64,000 nucleotides of DNA from Veleropilina oligotropha (GCA_048128005.1 JBEUKZ010000025.1:1-64000); one strand, 5' to 3'. Positions 1 to 14,030 are shown, numbered from the stretch's first letter. The notes: generated from the sequence alone by a model not told the origin. Program-made: numbers and translations.

Positions 1-61
1 GCATGCATGCATGCATGCATGTATGTATGTATGTATGTATGTATGTATGTATGTATGTATG

Positions 62-103
<42 letters not shown>

Positions 104-133
104 TATATATATATATGGGGGGGGGGGGGGGGG
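1..133. repeat. (GCAT)n(GTAT)n(AT)n microsatellite plus poly-G
   Basis: Read directly. Confidence 0.95.
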
Positions 134-1655
134 TGTATACAGAAAATAGCACTTTGCATAACTAATTTATATAACGGTAAATTTTAGCCGTACATTGGTG
201 CGTATGTATGTGTGATTGCTGTGGGAGTTCAGAAGAATTTTCCAAAAAGCAATATGAAGGGAGTCGAATTATACTACCAATAGTCTGCGTAGGGGTGAGG
301 TCCCATACAGAAGAATTAACCATGTGAAACGTAGTAAATTGCGCTGTGTGTAACTTTGTGTATCGTTTTTAAAGGTAGCTTTGATATGCACATTGGCGCG
401 TGTTGTATACATGAGGATTGAAGATGTTTTACCAAAGCCGTTTTTTAAATATAATGTGCAGATGTATATATGACCAGAGACTACAAAATTGAGGGGTACA
501 TGATGGTCAACGAAACATTGAATGGCCTTACGGAGGTCGTATACTATCAATGGCTCGCGTTGTGAGACCCCGTTCCAACCTGGAAGGAATTTTTGACCGT
601 GTTAAACACCCTCTCCTGTATTCTGATGAATAAATGTGATATTTCTTACAATTTAAGAATCATTTCACCACACCATTGAAGAATTTGTTTATTATTAACC
701 GTGCGAAACACCATCACTTGTATTATGATGATGTAAATGTTATATTTCTGAATCTCAACAGCATTTACGAATCATTCCTCCACTGACTACATAAAAGGTG
801 TAGGCAAGTAATTGTCTCATGCCCAGTCTGATGTACAATAACTATGCTCCTAGAATGGTGACTGTCGGTATAGATATGTGCAGATATATCTCAAAGGTAT
901 TGTAAGTGTGATAAAACAACTATGGACTCGGATATATACTTTAAGTCTTCTGTCTATAGGGGCATCAGTAAAATATGGGCGGCTGTGAAATACCCCCCTT
1001 ATTTTATAAACATCACACACAATTTCATAAAGTTATCGAGAACGGATTTTGATATAAAACGGTAGGTAAAAATCCATCCTGGAGATGGTGCACTTATAAA
1101 AGCTATGAAATCAGATATTTATTTTGAGTCTGTCAAAGGGCATCAAGAAAATTGGGGGGGGGGGGGGGGGTACCCCTTACTTTATAACAAGCTATGAACC
1201 CGCATATATAATTTGAGTGAAAATCTAAGTGCACTTGCAAATTTAAGGGCACCACTAAAAAAAATATATAAATATTCAAAACTACAAAATGGACTATATT
1301 GACAAAAAGGAGCAGATCAGAAATTATTTGGGGAGGGGGGAGGTATATTGTGTGATTACTGTGGGGATTGTTCAGAAGAATTTACCAAATATCAATATAA
1401 AGGGAGTCGAATTATATTACCAATGGTCGGCGTAGGGGTGGTCCCGGGGCCCCATGAGGAAGAAAATTTTCACAATTAAGCCTGTGAACCCACCTCTCCT
1501 GTATTATGACAGCGCAAATGTGATATTTCTTAACAACATCTTTGAACCATTTTCACCACTCTGTTAAAGTTTTCAATTTGAAAGGTAGGCCTACACTATA
1601 ATTTGAGTGCAAATATAAGGGCACTGGAAAATTTAAGAGCACCACTACAAATCTT

Positions 1656-1686
<31 letters not shown>

Positions 1687-2175
1687 GGGGTATATATAAA
1701 TATTCAAAACTATAAAAGGGCTATATTGGCAAAAAGGGGCATATCAGAAATTATTGGGGGGGCCCCTGCCCCTAATGTTTAGAAAGCCATTCATTCGGTC
1801 ATTATAACTTCAGTTTAAAGTTAAATGTTAAGAGGATTGCTGAATTATCTTCATTGATGAAATTAAAATTAGCTTCGAATCTGGTATAAATTACACCTGT
1901 AACGAGCAAAGATATACCCCCTGGTGATTTGTCCGGAATTTCCAATGTGACATTGATCTATCAATCAGGAATATTCCATACTCGTAGGCAACTCAAGAAA
2001 GCATGCAAAATTACGAACCTTGTCGTCGATCAACCAATCATAAATTTCCTACTTCATGCACCTCGTTTTGTTTCGGAGGTTGTGATTGGACAGATTAAAT
2101 ATTATTATATCTGTATATTACACAAGCTGTTATTCGTCAGTTTAAATAGTGGTTCCATGTATACTCTTTTCCCAG

Positions 2176-2317
2176 GTGATGATTGGTCAGTTTCGTGGTG
2201 AAGAGGTCCGAGCCTGGGCAGCCATTAATGGAGACATTCATTTTCCATCCTTATATAGCATTCATGTTGATTACGAAAAAAACAGAGTCCTAATGAACAT
2301 GGAAAAATTAACTGAAG
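2176..2317 (+). CDS. Kinase exon (subdomains III-V)
   Basis: ttcccag acceptor, gtaatt donor; VMIGQFRGEEVRAWAAING...VLMNMEKLTE. Confidence 0.8.
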
Positions 2318-5300
2318 GTAATTTTTTATATTAATTTGGATTTCAGAAACTAATCACTCGTGTGGAACGGTGTCATCTCAGTTTAACCCTAAGCCTGTTG
2401 AGCATGACGATAGTTGCTTCACAAGTAACTCTTTACAGTACGGTACATGTATAAGCAATATTTTTTTCAGCGGGATAAGGGTTAATAGTCAATTTCATAT
2501 TGAATTCAGATTTGACCTCATCAAATCTTATTTTCCTGGGAATAATCTTGGTCTACTTCCAAAGAATCCACAAATGCTACTGTTATCCACATCTAGGACT
2601 AATATTAACACTGTTTTATTTCTTAATTGAGATGGCCTGTAAAATGAAATATAGTGATAAACGTTTTTTTAACAATAAGCTCTTATGATCCATAATTGTC
2701 TTATCACCAAATGATCTACAGAGGGGGTCACATATGGCTTTAATAATTTCAAAACCGTATTTCACCATATTCAATGCAAAATTTCCTTTATGCGCCTCTC
2801 TGCATGTTGGTATAAATATTAACACTGATGAAATTTTAAATTATCTCTTTTGCAGCGGTTTCTATCCGTAAGATTGTGGACGAGGTGATGAAGGGGCTCG
2901 ATCCTGACCTCATGATGCCGATATCGCTGTACCTCCTCCACGGCATGTTGACGGCAACGAACACACTGCACGGCAAACGGTGGCTACACATGGACCTGCA
3001 CGGTAAATATATATTACCTCTTGAATAGAAGTCAAACACTCTAAATCCATGGGTGTCGCATTTAAAGGGGGCTTGATTTAGATATAGTTGCTTAACTCTT
3101 TGAGGTCGAACGACGAGTATACTCGTCTTCCCAGCCATTTCACAAAGGTCGAAGGACGAGTTAACACGTTTTTGTGTTGGCATCACTATATATTTGAGAC
3201 GAATATAGTCGTTCGACGACTTCAACGTCATTTACAACTATACTCGATTGATAATCCAAACAAAGTTGCTTCCCTTGTACCATGAAATCATTGTATTGAG
3301 CTATAAATATCCAGTGTTGTCACATGAGCAAATGGTCAAAATGTGAAGTCATAATGTTTATATTAGTCGTTAATCATATTTTCCTGCCTTTATTTTATAA
3401 TTCCCTGTAATCATTTCATCTTGTATATGATTATCAACCCAAATTACTATGCTGTATATCATTTATAACGTTTATATACGTGAATTTTGTCTTTTTTGTA
3501 TGCCATGACCACGTGTTAATGTGACGTCATTGTTTCTTTGGTAATCACGTGATATCGAAATTGTTGAACATTTATTGTCCTCTCCTAATACTGATCTTTC
3601 AGAATATATATAGTTTTCCTATTATAATATAATGTTTAGTGTTAGTATTACTGCGACCAAACTGCTCAAAATCGTGCGACTCAGAGTAACATTTTTGCAT
3701 TATATGTTACGATTCCAAAGAGTTAATGTTCAATAAATTTCAGGGTCTTAAAATTATAAGGGCATTTCCATATTGCGGGACTAAGTCACAGTCGCTCGGG
3801 AAAACCAACCGGCATCGGAGAGGTATGGCAACTGTGAATGTGAATTACACAAATTTTGAATCTGAGACGAGTAAATTGAGACCCACGCGCTTGTTCACTA
3901 CATGACCGATCTGCGTCATTCTTATCAGGATATGATCGTAGAAGAATACCAAGAAAATCAACCTATCCTTTTCTATAAATAAAATATAAGGAAAACGGAA
4001 ATTTTAACTGAAAATTTATGAATTATAATTTGAAATATAATTTATATAAATAATACTCTTATTCCAGCGGGAAACATGTTTGCACAGCGGATAGACGACA
4101 TAATACAAGTGAGGTTTCTGGATTTCGGAACAGCTCAGCGGATCGAGTACGAAGAGGGCAAAACTCAAAGAATTTTTCCGGATGACGTGCATCAAGTCAT
4201 CCGTAGGTTTCTAGCCCTGTCCATTGGAGATGAATTTACAAATCTACTAGATTTTCGTGAGAATTGGAGAATGAGAATTGATGAAGTAAGTTATTTTTCA
4301 ATGAAACACCGATGATTGTATCAAATTAAGTGTACATGTATATGATTTTGATAGTGATTTCTTTGAATTGATGTTTTAAACAAATACTGACCATGTCGAG
4401 AAAATTTCCCCCATAATCTACAGTTAGTCGGCTTAAAAATGTTAATAAAATATCTTAGAAAATTTTAAGCCAACATATTCTTAAACATAAAAGATTAGAA
4501 CAAAAGACAGCCAGATGCAATGTCATGTCCATTTTATCATGGGAGATACTACAGAACTATCCAGTGAAAAATACCAATCGCAGAAGTTATACAATACCAA
4601 GATTGAAAGATCCAAAGGGTCTTATCTGGAAACGAGCTTAAGTATTGGATAAATGCTTAACCCTTCCTGTGCATGGTTCTTTTTGCCCCTATGCGGAGTA
4701 TTTTGGGGGAAAATGACAAAAAATGGAAACTCAGTGATTATGAAATATATTTATGTGAATGAACTCAGCAAAGGTAGTTATAATGATACAGACTATAGAA
4801 CTAGCATAAATATATGTGAATTTAGATGTGGAGCACATATTTATATATAATAGCATTGATATGATTATGAAAATAAAAGAAATCAATAATATCAAATTGA
4901 GAGCAAATCATAAATTGAAGTTGAAACTTATATATGCAAATAATACATTTGTAACTGATGCAGTCAACAATATTTACATGCATGCAATTCTTTCAGTTTT
5001 AGTGTAATGTAACATGCCCGCACTCAACTCTACTTAGATGCGCAAAAGTGTGTGTGTGTGTGTATGTGTGTGACAGATACACAGTTACACTAATGCAATG
5101 ACTGGTGCATAAGTATGACAGTAATGCAATCTTCTAACTACTAAAATAAGTATGCAAATATATAAAAAGTAACAAGTGTACATACCAAACAACAAAAACA
5201 ATCACATACATATTATTTATTGATGGTTTTTCATTGGACATCTTGTCTATTTTAGTTTCACAAATAGCACTGCCGAAGCAGTCAACTGTAGCCGGTTATA

Positions 5301-8300
5301 TAATTGCGAACAAACAGCTGGCTAAGACACTGTTTGTTTGCGCACAAGCAGTCAACATATGTGGTTATGTAATTGCCAACAGCTGCTTGTGAACATGGTA
5401 CAAGGGACGCAACTTCGTTTGGATTATCAATCGAGTATAGTTGTAAATGACGTTGAAGTCGTAGAACGACTATATTCGTCTCAAATATATAGTATATAGT
5501 GACGCCAACACAAAAACGTGTTAACTCGTCCTTTGACCTTTGTGAAATGGCTGGGAAGACGAGTATACTCGTCGTTCGACCTCAAAGAGTTAAGACATTA
5601 GCGCAATGATGTGCTATATAAGACCGGAGTATTATTATTATTATTATAAACATTCATCCCAAACTGTCAGTTAGATGTACAGTACTTCTACTTCAGCCGT
5701 CCTTGCAAAGACAGCTCAACGGACCTGATAAGACGAATGTGATCGCTTTGGTCAGGGCGGCGATCGAGGTGACCAATCCCGTGGATGAACAGAAGCTGAC
5801 AGACATGGTGCAGGATTTATTAAGACCTCGTAAGTCATCTTCTTAATATATAAAGTAGTACTGTCTGTTTGTTTGTTTTCGTGTGTGTTGGTTTGCCACT
5901 TCCGACTTCTGCGCCCGTTCGAACTGGCCAACTTCTCCGTTATATATATATATAGTGAGCTGATTGAGAGTCTTGGGATGGATAGGGGGTGCGGGCAGGC
6001 AGGTGTGAGGGGTGGTGAAATGAAGGGGATTAATGGGATCGAAATGGGGGGGTGGGCAGGCATGTGTGAGAGGGGAGGGGAACTGATGAGGGAGGGGCAT
6101 CGGGGAATAGGGGAGGGGGTGGTGGGAAATGAGGGATTTCATCGAAATCATCACTCGTTTGTAAATGGGTGTACCCGCTAGTGTTAAACAAAGGTAATGC
6201 AGGGTCTGGGTTTAGTCTTGATCCAAGCCCAGAACATATGCTTGCACGACTTCAAAATTACCTTCATGGTTGTGTCACTCGATATCTGAACTCCTGTCGT
6301 CGACCTGTAGGTCTAAGCCACAATGAAGCATATTTCACGTTTAATCAATGACTAGTGAATCTCGTCCCTACGGGAGCGCGATAATATTTTGCGCATCGGA
6401 TATGTGTTGGGGCATCCCCTTAATAATGTGCACTCATTGGTTAAATATTCGAGTCATCTACTATAAATAGGCCGCTTCGGCAGCGCAGTGGGTAGAGTGT
6501 CCACTCTAAATTCACTGGCTTAATTCCGCTAATGCGAACAGTAGTGGGTTCAATACCTGGCTGAGGCATTGACATTTGTTCAAGTTATGAATCACAGTTG
6601 TCCACGACTGGCCGGGTTTACCCGGGCGACCGGGGTTTCCTCCCGCGTTACACAACGGCTCTTTTGTTTTGAAGAGGTTGGTATTCAGCGTGAACACCTG
6701 GTTTTCACTGACGATTCAAAAGTAGGGTGGTATGGCCATACCACCCTACTTTTCACTCTATACTGACCTGCGTCCGAGCAAGATGGCTAAAGCTGATCAC
6801 AAGAGAAATTGACAACAAAGGAGTAAATTGGCCGTTGTGTAAGTCGGTTACAAACCTCGTTAGTCGGTATTCATCGATTTGAAAGACCTGCTTCACGATT
6901 CGCACGGGCGCAGGTCTTTCAAATCGATGAATACCTCCAACTCGGTTAGTAACCTATACATAACACGGACATGTCCTGCTTTGAACCTCGATGTTTCTAC
7001 TATAAATAACCTGTCTACCGATAGATGGCGACACTTTTAGGTCATCCCTGCAAATCTGTGTCAATATACTGATAGATGTTCCCGCTTGTTTATATAAGTA
7101 AAACTTTAATATTTTTCTTGAAATGGCAATAAATGTGCAACATATTCGAGGAATGGATGATGAACATGAGATGATACGATTGTTAGATGAGATGAGTGAT
7201 GTTGATTTTGATTTAGACTAAGACAATGATTATGATATTGATGGGGTCCTAAATGGGGTCTAACCGTCTTGTCGCTAATGATATCCATGTACTCGGAGAT
7301 CCATCAGCAACCGATCAAGACAGTGATCAAGAAAGTGAATCTGATATTGTTGATAGTGATTCTAACGATCCTGGGATTGCTTGACCAATGAGGGATAAGT
7401 ATGTGAACAGATGCAGGCCTCCCCAATGTGGACGAGGTGCTGGCCATTACAGGCCATGTTTACGCAGGGACGGGCGTGTTCAAGGTCGTGCTCGATCTTT
7501 GCATTACGAAGGACCGCAATTGCTTCAAGGCATGACACTCTAAACATAAAATACTGGAGATAGATGTATAAGTTGTATTTTACAGGCAATTACATAAACA
7601 TAGTTTGATCAAAATGTGTCAATATTTATTCCTTTGAAATAAGCCCCCTCCCCTAAAAATTGGTATTCGCAGCAAATTTTGTGAAAGTGGCGGTCATTTT
7701 GAATTCATAATTAGATCACATGTCCTCATTTACATATTTTTGTGGATCCTCTTACTGATGCAACTAAGTATATATAGCTCATAGCAAGTTTGAATGAGTG
7801 ATGTCTTAATTACTACATCAAATGTGAAAGAGAGGACTGTATAAAATCAGCCTATATCCACACCATAACCTCCATCAAATCTAGCCAAAACCAATCTAAA
7901 AAAATGTCATCAAATTTCTAAATATTGGAATATTTTAACATTTGAGCGGTCATTTTGAAAATGAGATCCCCATCTATATGAAAGAAAAGACAAATTCCAT
8001 GATATATCAGACCATAATTTACATCATCAGTTGCCAAAGTCAGAAAATGTAGAATTCTGAACCTGTTAGGATGCCATTTTGAATATATAATGAGGTCATA
8101 TGGCCTAATTTGCATATTTTCTGGGTTTCACTTTGAAGAACAACTAATACACTTTAAGGATATATATGGTTTACTCTGGTTTATTACAACATTTTACATA
8201 TAAATTGTTAGTAATAGTATCTAACATGTATATAAATGGTCCCCAGAAAGTCAGTAGGCCCGAGGAGGTAAAGACAATAAATTGTCGTGTTCACAGAAAT

Positions 8301-11109
8301 GTATTTGTGTTTGCTTGCTTTACAAATATAATATTGACAATAGTTGCTCTGATCTGTTTAACAACTGATTAATAATTAACAGCTAATTACTTGTTTGTAA
8401 TTTTTCCATTTTGTCAAAGTCCAAATTGATCCATTGCAATTTATCCTTGTAACATTTTCTAGTTATATTCATTATATCATAATAAAAATCATGCAATTTT
8501 TTCAGATGATATGAGCGATGTATTTTCCAAGGTTATGCCCATGATATTTTCTGAGGAATTGCTGGATAATAGCGAGCCGCATGTAGTTCGTAAGTATTTC
8601 GCTTACATATATAAGTAACCTTTATATTCTGCATTTAAATTTAAGTCATGTATAATTCCCTTGGGCAAGGAATCGGCATATATATGCCTCTGTCTACCCA
8701 GCTGACTTGGGTGGACGCGACATCAATTGTCAGTGTGTTAGTCTTAACGCCATTAACAGCTTGACTGTAATACTCTCAGACACCAGTCGAAATAAATCTC
8801 GAGTCGATCGTGATCAGTGGTCAGTGTTACTACGAGTGACTCGCAAGTCGATATTGGATTGGATCGATACTTAATACTGTAAATCAAGAAATTTTCACGA
8901 GCAATTAAAGTTCGCGTATTTTGCGTGTCGCTCAATATGCGAAATTAAAAATCTTGCAAAATTATGTCACTATTATACGAAATATCAGATTGATATAAGT
9001 ATATCTTTAACACACAAACAAAATGGTAAGATTCAGCATATATTTAATGTAATTAAAGTGTAATTCGCCTCAAAATATATATATAGTATGTGATATAGAT
9101 ACCCTACTTCAAATGGAACAAAATGCAGATTTAGTAAGCAAGGAAATTTAAAATTTTAATCCGATATAGCGATTTCCTTGCTGGACGCCATTGCTAAAGT
9201 ACCCGGATGGACCATAAGTTGATCTGTTGGTTTATCATTGTCGTAAATTTGCGATTACCAAACAAATGTTACTTATGCGAATAAATACTTACTAGTAAAC
9301 ACTAGAAGTATTAATCCTATTTCGGCCTATGCAATAAATAACAAAAGATGTATAAAAATAACATTTACATTAGAAATATTTATGTAGTCCCAAAATATAT
9401 TGCCATTCTGCATTTCCGTCAATCAATAGGTTTCTTTATGCAACACGTGCTATTGTCTAATTAATTAATCCTATCAGTCTGCATCTATATATTAATCCTG
9501 TCATCTCATTAAAAGTTATTACATGTAAAAGAGCATCTACTAGTTTGTCGAGTTACTTGTTTCTGTTGTTAATTGATTTGGCGATGTGTTGTCGTAGGCG
9601 GTAATCCGATTCATGCGTGCAATTGAATGGGGACTCCTCGAGTTGCCCGCACCTATTGTTTCGGAATATAGGTGTTAATTGGTGCAGGCGATGCTAGTAC
9701 AAATGTAACAATAGGGGATTAAGGTGTAGCCAGACTCAGATAAGTTGGGTTTTCTAGTGGTAAAATGTATGTTGAAAAATACAACTTCTCTTATTATGAT
9801 ATACGCAAAATTAAAGCTACGCGAATTGTTCACATAGTTAATATTCGCGAAATTAAGTATTCGCGAATAATAGTTGATTTACAGTATATAATTATAGCAT
9901 GTTGATGAGGTCGAACCATGATTTTATCGCACTAGGACGTAGTCCGAGGTCGATATTGTTGTTCTTGGAATGGTTGATGTGATAAAATAATGGATCGACC
10001 GAAAACAACGTGCCAATTGCTTTATTATTTTTAGTACAAACTGTCCATTGTTTCAAACATTTAAAAATAAAAAATTCCCCACAAAATGCGATTTTATTAC
10101 ATTTTTTGAAAAAAATCCCCCCAAATTTGAATTAATGAAGGAAAATTCCAGACAATCCCTGCAAAATGAGAATTTATTTTAAAAAGTTTACAAAAATTGC
10201 GATTTTAAAGAACAAACATCCCCAAAAATAAAAGCTATTTTTGGAAACGGCAGGTCTACAATATTATTGTAGCACAGCAATACGACTTTTTCAGTTATGT
10301 CACGTGGCCTGTTTTTAACCAATTGACGACAAGGAATTACTATAAAAAATAATAATGTCGTGTATATTTACAACCTTAATTCAGGTCATTTTCATATTAA
10401 TGTGGGACGAATGCCCGGTCAGTTGCATAGAATTCCATTGCTCCAACCGAGATGGGAACACACTCCTGTTTCTCAGGGCAGTCAGAGATTTCAAAGTCGG
10501 CAATCGAGACCATACAGCTACCTTGGCGGCCAGTCGATAATAGATTGGATCAGGTTCAAGGCAGGACATGTCCATATTATCGTGAGAGGAAAGCCTGGTC
10601 GCCCGGAGAACTCTCTCCGGCCAACTGCGATTGATAACTGCACAAAGAATGCCCCAACCAAGATTCGAACCCACTCCTGTTACATGTATAGATAGTGAAA
10701 TCGACCCAGTGATCTCAGAAGCGGCCCTCGATAACAATCACTACCGGGGCGGCCATTTGATAATAGAACTAACGGATGACTCTTAACTTGATGAAAACCA
10801 GACTCTAGTCTGCACCTTTATTTTATTTTATTTTATTTGTTTTGAAACTTGTATGGTTTAGTCTCAGAGATCACAGTGACATTTACTTTTTATCATTCAC
10901 AGTTTTTGACCAGAAAATTATTGTAAATATTGACGAACAATATCTATTTTTACACAGTTCAAGAAATGCAGTTTCTCATGCAAATTCCTGCAGAACGTTT
11001 GAAAATGATGTTAAGTTTTGGAATGACTGAAAAGAAACTCGCCAAAGTCTACAACTGTTCGCAATATGTCATCCGGGCCAAGCTCAGGCAGTTGGAGGAG
11101 CAACAGTAA
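2176..11109 (+). CDS. Spliced atypical protein kinase, 5' partial, with C-terminal HTH-like exon
   Basis: Six phase-consistent GT-AG exons: 2176-2317, 2856-3002, 4068-4285, 5697-5829, 8506-8589, 10958-11109 (TAA). They give FRGEEVRAW...VLMNMEKL...WLHMDLHAGNMF...VRFLDFGTA. The N-lobe segment loosely resembles MAP3K14/MAP3K8. Confidence 0.82.
2856..3002 (+). CDS. Kinase exon (subdomains VIa-VIb)
   Basis: tttgcag acceptor, gtaaat donor; LYLLHGMLTATNTLHGKRWLHMDLH. Confidence 0.85.
3096..3722 (+). mobile_element. TTAA-flanked piggyBac-like MITE
   Basis: TTAA|CTCTTTG...CAAAGAG|TTAA. The first ~165 bp recur inverted at 5418-5589, also TTAA-flanked. Confidence 0.65.
4068..4285 (+). CDS. Kinase exon (end of catalytic loop, DFG)
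   Basis: ttccag acceptor, gtaagt donor; GNMFAQRIDDIIQVRFLDFGTA. Confidence 0.85.
5697..5829 (+). CDS. Kinase gene exon
   Basis: cttcag acceptor, gtaagt donor. Open, phase 0 to 1, links the flanking exons. Confidence 0.75.
6470..6994 (+). mobile_element. tRNA-derived SINE split by a 312-bp insertion
   Basis: Same family as 31614-31872; interrupted at 6648-6959. Confidence 0.85.
8506..8589 (+). CDS. Kinase gene exon
   Basis: ttttcag acceptor, gtaagt donor. Open, phase 1 to 1. Confidence 0.7.
8877..9884. mobile_element. TA-flanked Tc1/mariner-like MITE
   Basis: TA|CTGTAAATCAA...TTGATTTACAG|TA. Related short element at 41409-41615. Confidence 0.7.
10958..11109 (+). CDS. Kinase gene terminal exon, HTH-like
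   Basis: tacacag acceptor; IPAERLKMMLSFGMTEKKLAKVYNCSQYVIRAKLRQL then stop. Confidence 0.7.
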
Positions 11110-11254
11110 CTAATGCATTCCAACAATCTGCTTGTACTAGTCATCTTCAACAAAGTGCTGTCTCACTTTTATATAATATATTTTTATAAATTTTTATTTG
11201 TACGTGTCAAAAATGTATAAAGTATAGGTTCTACCACGAGGTATGGTTGTTTAA

Positions 11255-11677
11255 AGGATTTGTGAACACATAATATATTCTGGCTGATAATAATGCTATC
11301 GTATATTTATTTATTCTCTTATTAGTAGCGCCATGATTTAGATTATCAAAACATGGATACAAAAGATCCTTAGCAAGTCACCCCGAAATTTCCCGAACAC
11401 TTATTAGGTGACGACACACTAGACCCACGAATCCTAATGCTATTGTTCCTGTTGAGTAACCAATTTGTGGACAATGATGTTGCCATCGAATTGAAAAGAT
11501 TCTGAGTGACCTGTCCATTGTGATGTCAAATTCGACCCGACCTGAAAATATGACTATACTTGGGCCGATTACAACAAACACGGACACTCGTGAAAGACTA
11601 ACACAACATATAATATGATAGGAATATGCCGTATAGTGAAATGTCGCCTATATTATGAGTTTTGGTTCATAAATCCT
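11255..11677. mobile_element. TTAA-flanked MITE with AG...CT ends (Kolobok-like)
   Basis: TTAA|AGGATTTGTGAAC...GTTCATAAATCCT|TTAA. Inverted second copy at 41937-42723. Confidence 0.75.
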
Positions 11678-11940
11678 TTAAGTCTGAAACGCCTGCAGTT
11701 ACACCACAAGGTGCAGAGTTGTTTAACTACACTGGCTTTTCCGATTAAATAACAAAAACAGAGTGCTATAACCGACTTAACCAATGCAAAAGTTTACAAT
11801 AATTTAAAATATATATGATTTTAATAACATAATACACCGATTTTTAGTGCAAGAACGTAGAATTCCACTGAATTATTTGAATGTGGTTAGTTGTACCACG
11901 GGCCAAGACAATAGAATGACGTCACAAAAATGGTTTAATA

Positions 11941-12191
11941 TGATGCTTAATGTCCTGTATATCTACAACATCAAGGTTCAAGGCAGGACATGTCCGTTTT
12001 ATCGCGGGAGGAAACCCCGGTCGCCCGGGTAAATCCGCCCTCTTCGGCCTGTCGCGAACAACTGTGATTCATAACTTGAACAAATTTCAATGCCTCAGCC
12101 AGGTATTGAACCCACTACTGTTCGCATTACCGGAATCAAGCCAGTGAATTTGGACTGGACACTCTTACCCACTGCGCTGCCGAAGCGGCCC
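11941..12191 (-). mobile_element. tRNA-derived SINE
   Basis: Reverse complement of the same ~255-bp family. Confidence 0.9.
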
Positions 12192-12796
12192 ATTTTAAAC
12201 TGATGACTGTCATTATTATGTGATAGGAGGCGCTATAATATCCATGTCATTTTATTGTTTGTGTAAATGATTTGCAATGAAATATATGTCATTCAATGGA
12301 CATCAATAAAAAAGGATGAACAAAGTTATATTTACTTTCAAATTAAGCCTACTTAAAATTAATTCCGAATGAAAATTTAAAATGACTGTTGATTAAAGGA
12401 TTTGTAAAAGGCATTAGGTGGCTTAGAGTCCTTGTTTTGACAATTTATCGCATATGTTGTTATTGTATTGAATGCCTCTTTAGTGCCCTGAACAGTTTCG
12501 GCGGTGAGTATTTAGTACTTGAGACACTCGATCTAGGCGGTTAGGTGTATCAGGGTTTCAGCACAGCTGGACACATTCTACCATTTAAAATATTAGATGG
12601 CATGTGTCATATATGCCAGCCAGATCGGACCGAGACATTAAAAATTGTCATCAGTGGTTGATTGGGTTATCAGCCAGATCCAATTCGGCCAGTTCTACAA
12701 ATCCTTTGATGAATAATCTGATGTTGTAATGGATAATCGTTGGGTCATGAAAATGCGAGTCAAACTCTTTTGCACATTTTAAAAAGGAAAGGATCG

Positions 12797-13050
12797 ATGC
12801 TTAATGTCCTGTATATTTCCAAACATCATTTGGTTCAAACCAGGACATGTCCGTATTATTGCAGGAGAAAATCCCGGTCGCCCGGGTAAACCCGCCCTCT
12901 TCGACCAGTCACGGAAAACTGCGATTCATAACTTGAACAAATGTGTGATGCCTCAGCCGGGGGTTGAACCCACTACTGTTCGCGTCAGCGGATTCAAGTC
13001 AGTGATTTTCGGAATCTACAACCGTACCACTGTACTGTCGAAGCGTCCTG
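12797..13050 (-). mobile_element. tRNA-derived SINE, diverged
   Basis: Same family. Further diverged copies near 10350-10750, 39590-39800, 40000-40250 and 50050-50255. Confidence 0.8.
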
Positions 13051-13659
13051 CACACTTTTTAGGTTGGGTCGATTCCAGGTTCACACCAGGATATGTCACC
13101 CGGGAAACGCGCCCTCACCTGCCAGTTATGGACAACTGCGATTGCTACCTGAACAAAGAGTATTATTACCTAATGCTCTATATAAAAGGTTCTTCATCAT
13201 TTCTAAATGCTTCCCTATTCGTAGCGTAGGGGTGTAATAGTTTGGACTGTTACATAGTCCACAAACTATTATGTGCGCGATGTGAATGCGCATTGAATTA
13301 GCCATGCCTTTATAGGCGTGGTTAAGACAGTGACGTAAAAATGACGTTGTTATTATTATGACATAATCTGAGGTTCCCAAGACTACGTCGTGATTTTTCA
13401 ATGCTTATTACAAAGTGGAGAGTGCATTCAGCAGCCTCTGTATGCACCAACGCATTTGTTATGCATGTATGTATTATTGTTGATTAGGTAATAAAACGTT
13501 GATTTCATGGTGTTTTGGGAGCGGTCAAAACAGTTGTCTCTTGGTGGTGAGGAGGATCGAGAGAATTGTTACCCACTACATAGTGACAACAAATTTGACC
13601 GTTCCCAAAACCCCATAAAATAACTAGATACCACGACGAAGATTTTAGCAGTCCACTGT

Positions 13660-14030
13660 TATATAATAAATATAGATTTACTTACTTTGAAACCAAGAAT
13701 TGCGAAACGATTACGACGTTTCGGTCGGTCTACTGCGGACCTTGGTCACGTAATGGCGGTTTATGACGTGGCAGGAGAATCAATGTGTAGACGGCCGGGA
13801 GGTGGTTGCCCAGGTCCCGGTTCATGGTGGGTTTCTGTTGCCTTCTGTAAATGGCTTCTTTCACTTTGCGGCAGAACCAGTCTTCATCGATTCTCCTTCC
13901 ACGTAGAGCGCAACGTCATAAACCGTCATTACGTGACCAAGGTCCGCAGTAGACTGACCAAAAGATCGTAATCGTTTCGTAATTTTTTGTTTCAAAGTAA
14001 GTAAATCCATATTTACTAGAATATATATTA
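13660..14030. mobile_element. Palindromic MITE with ~100-bp arms
   Basis: AAATATAGATTTACTTACTTTGAAAC...GTTTCAAAGTAAGTAAATCCATATTT. Second copy at 39230-39480. Confidence 0.8.

Noticed and set aside
460..900. Upstream kinase exons (Gly-loop/VAIK)
   Set aside because: Candidate segments contain stops or lack convincing motifs; not assignable by eye.
3096..5589. A single 2.5-kb piggyBac element with 165-bp TIRs
   Set aside because: The left copy has its own right end at 3722, and the enclosed exon splices in phase with exons outside.
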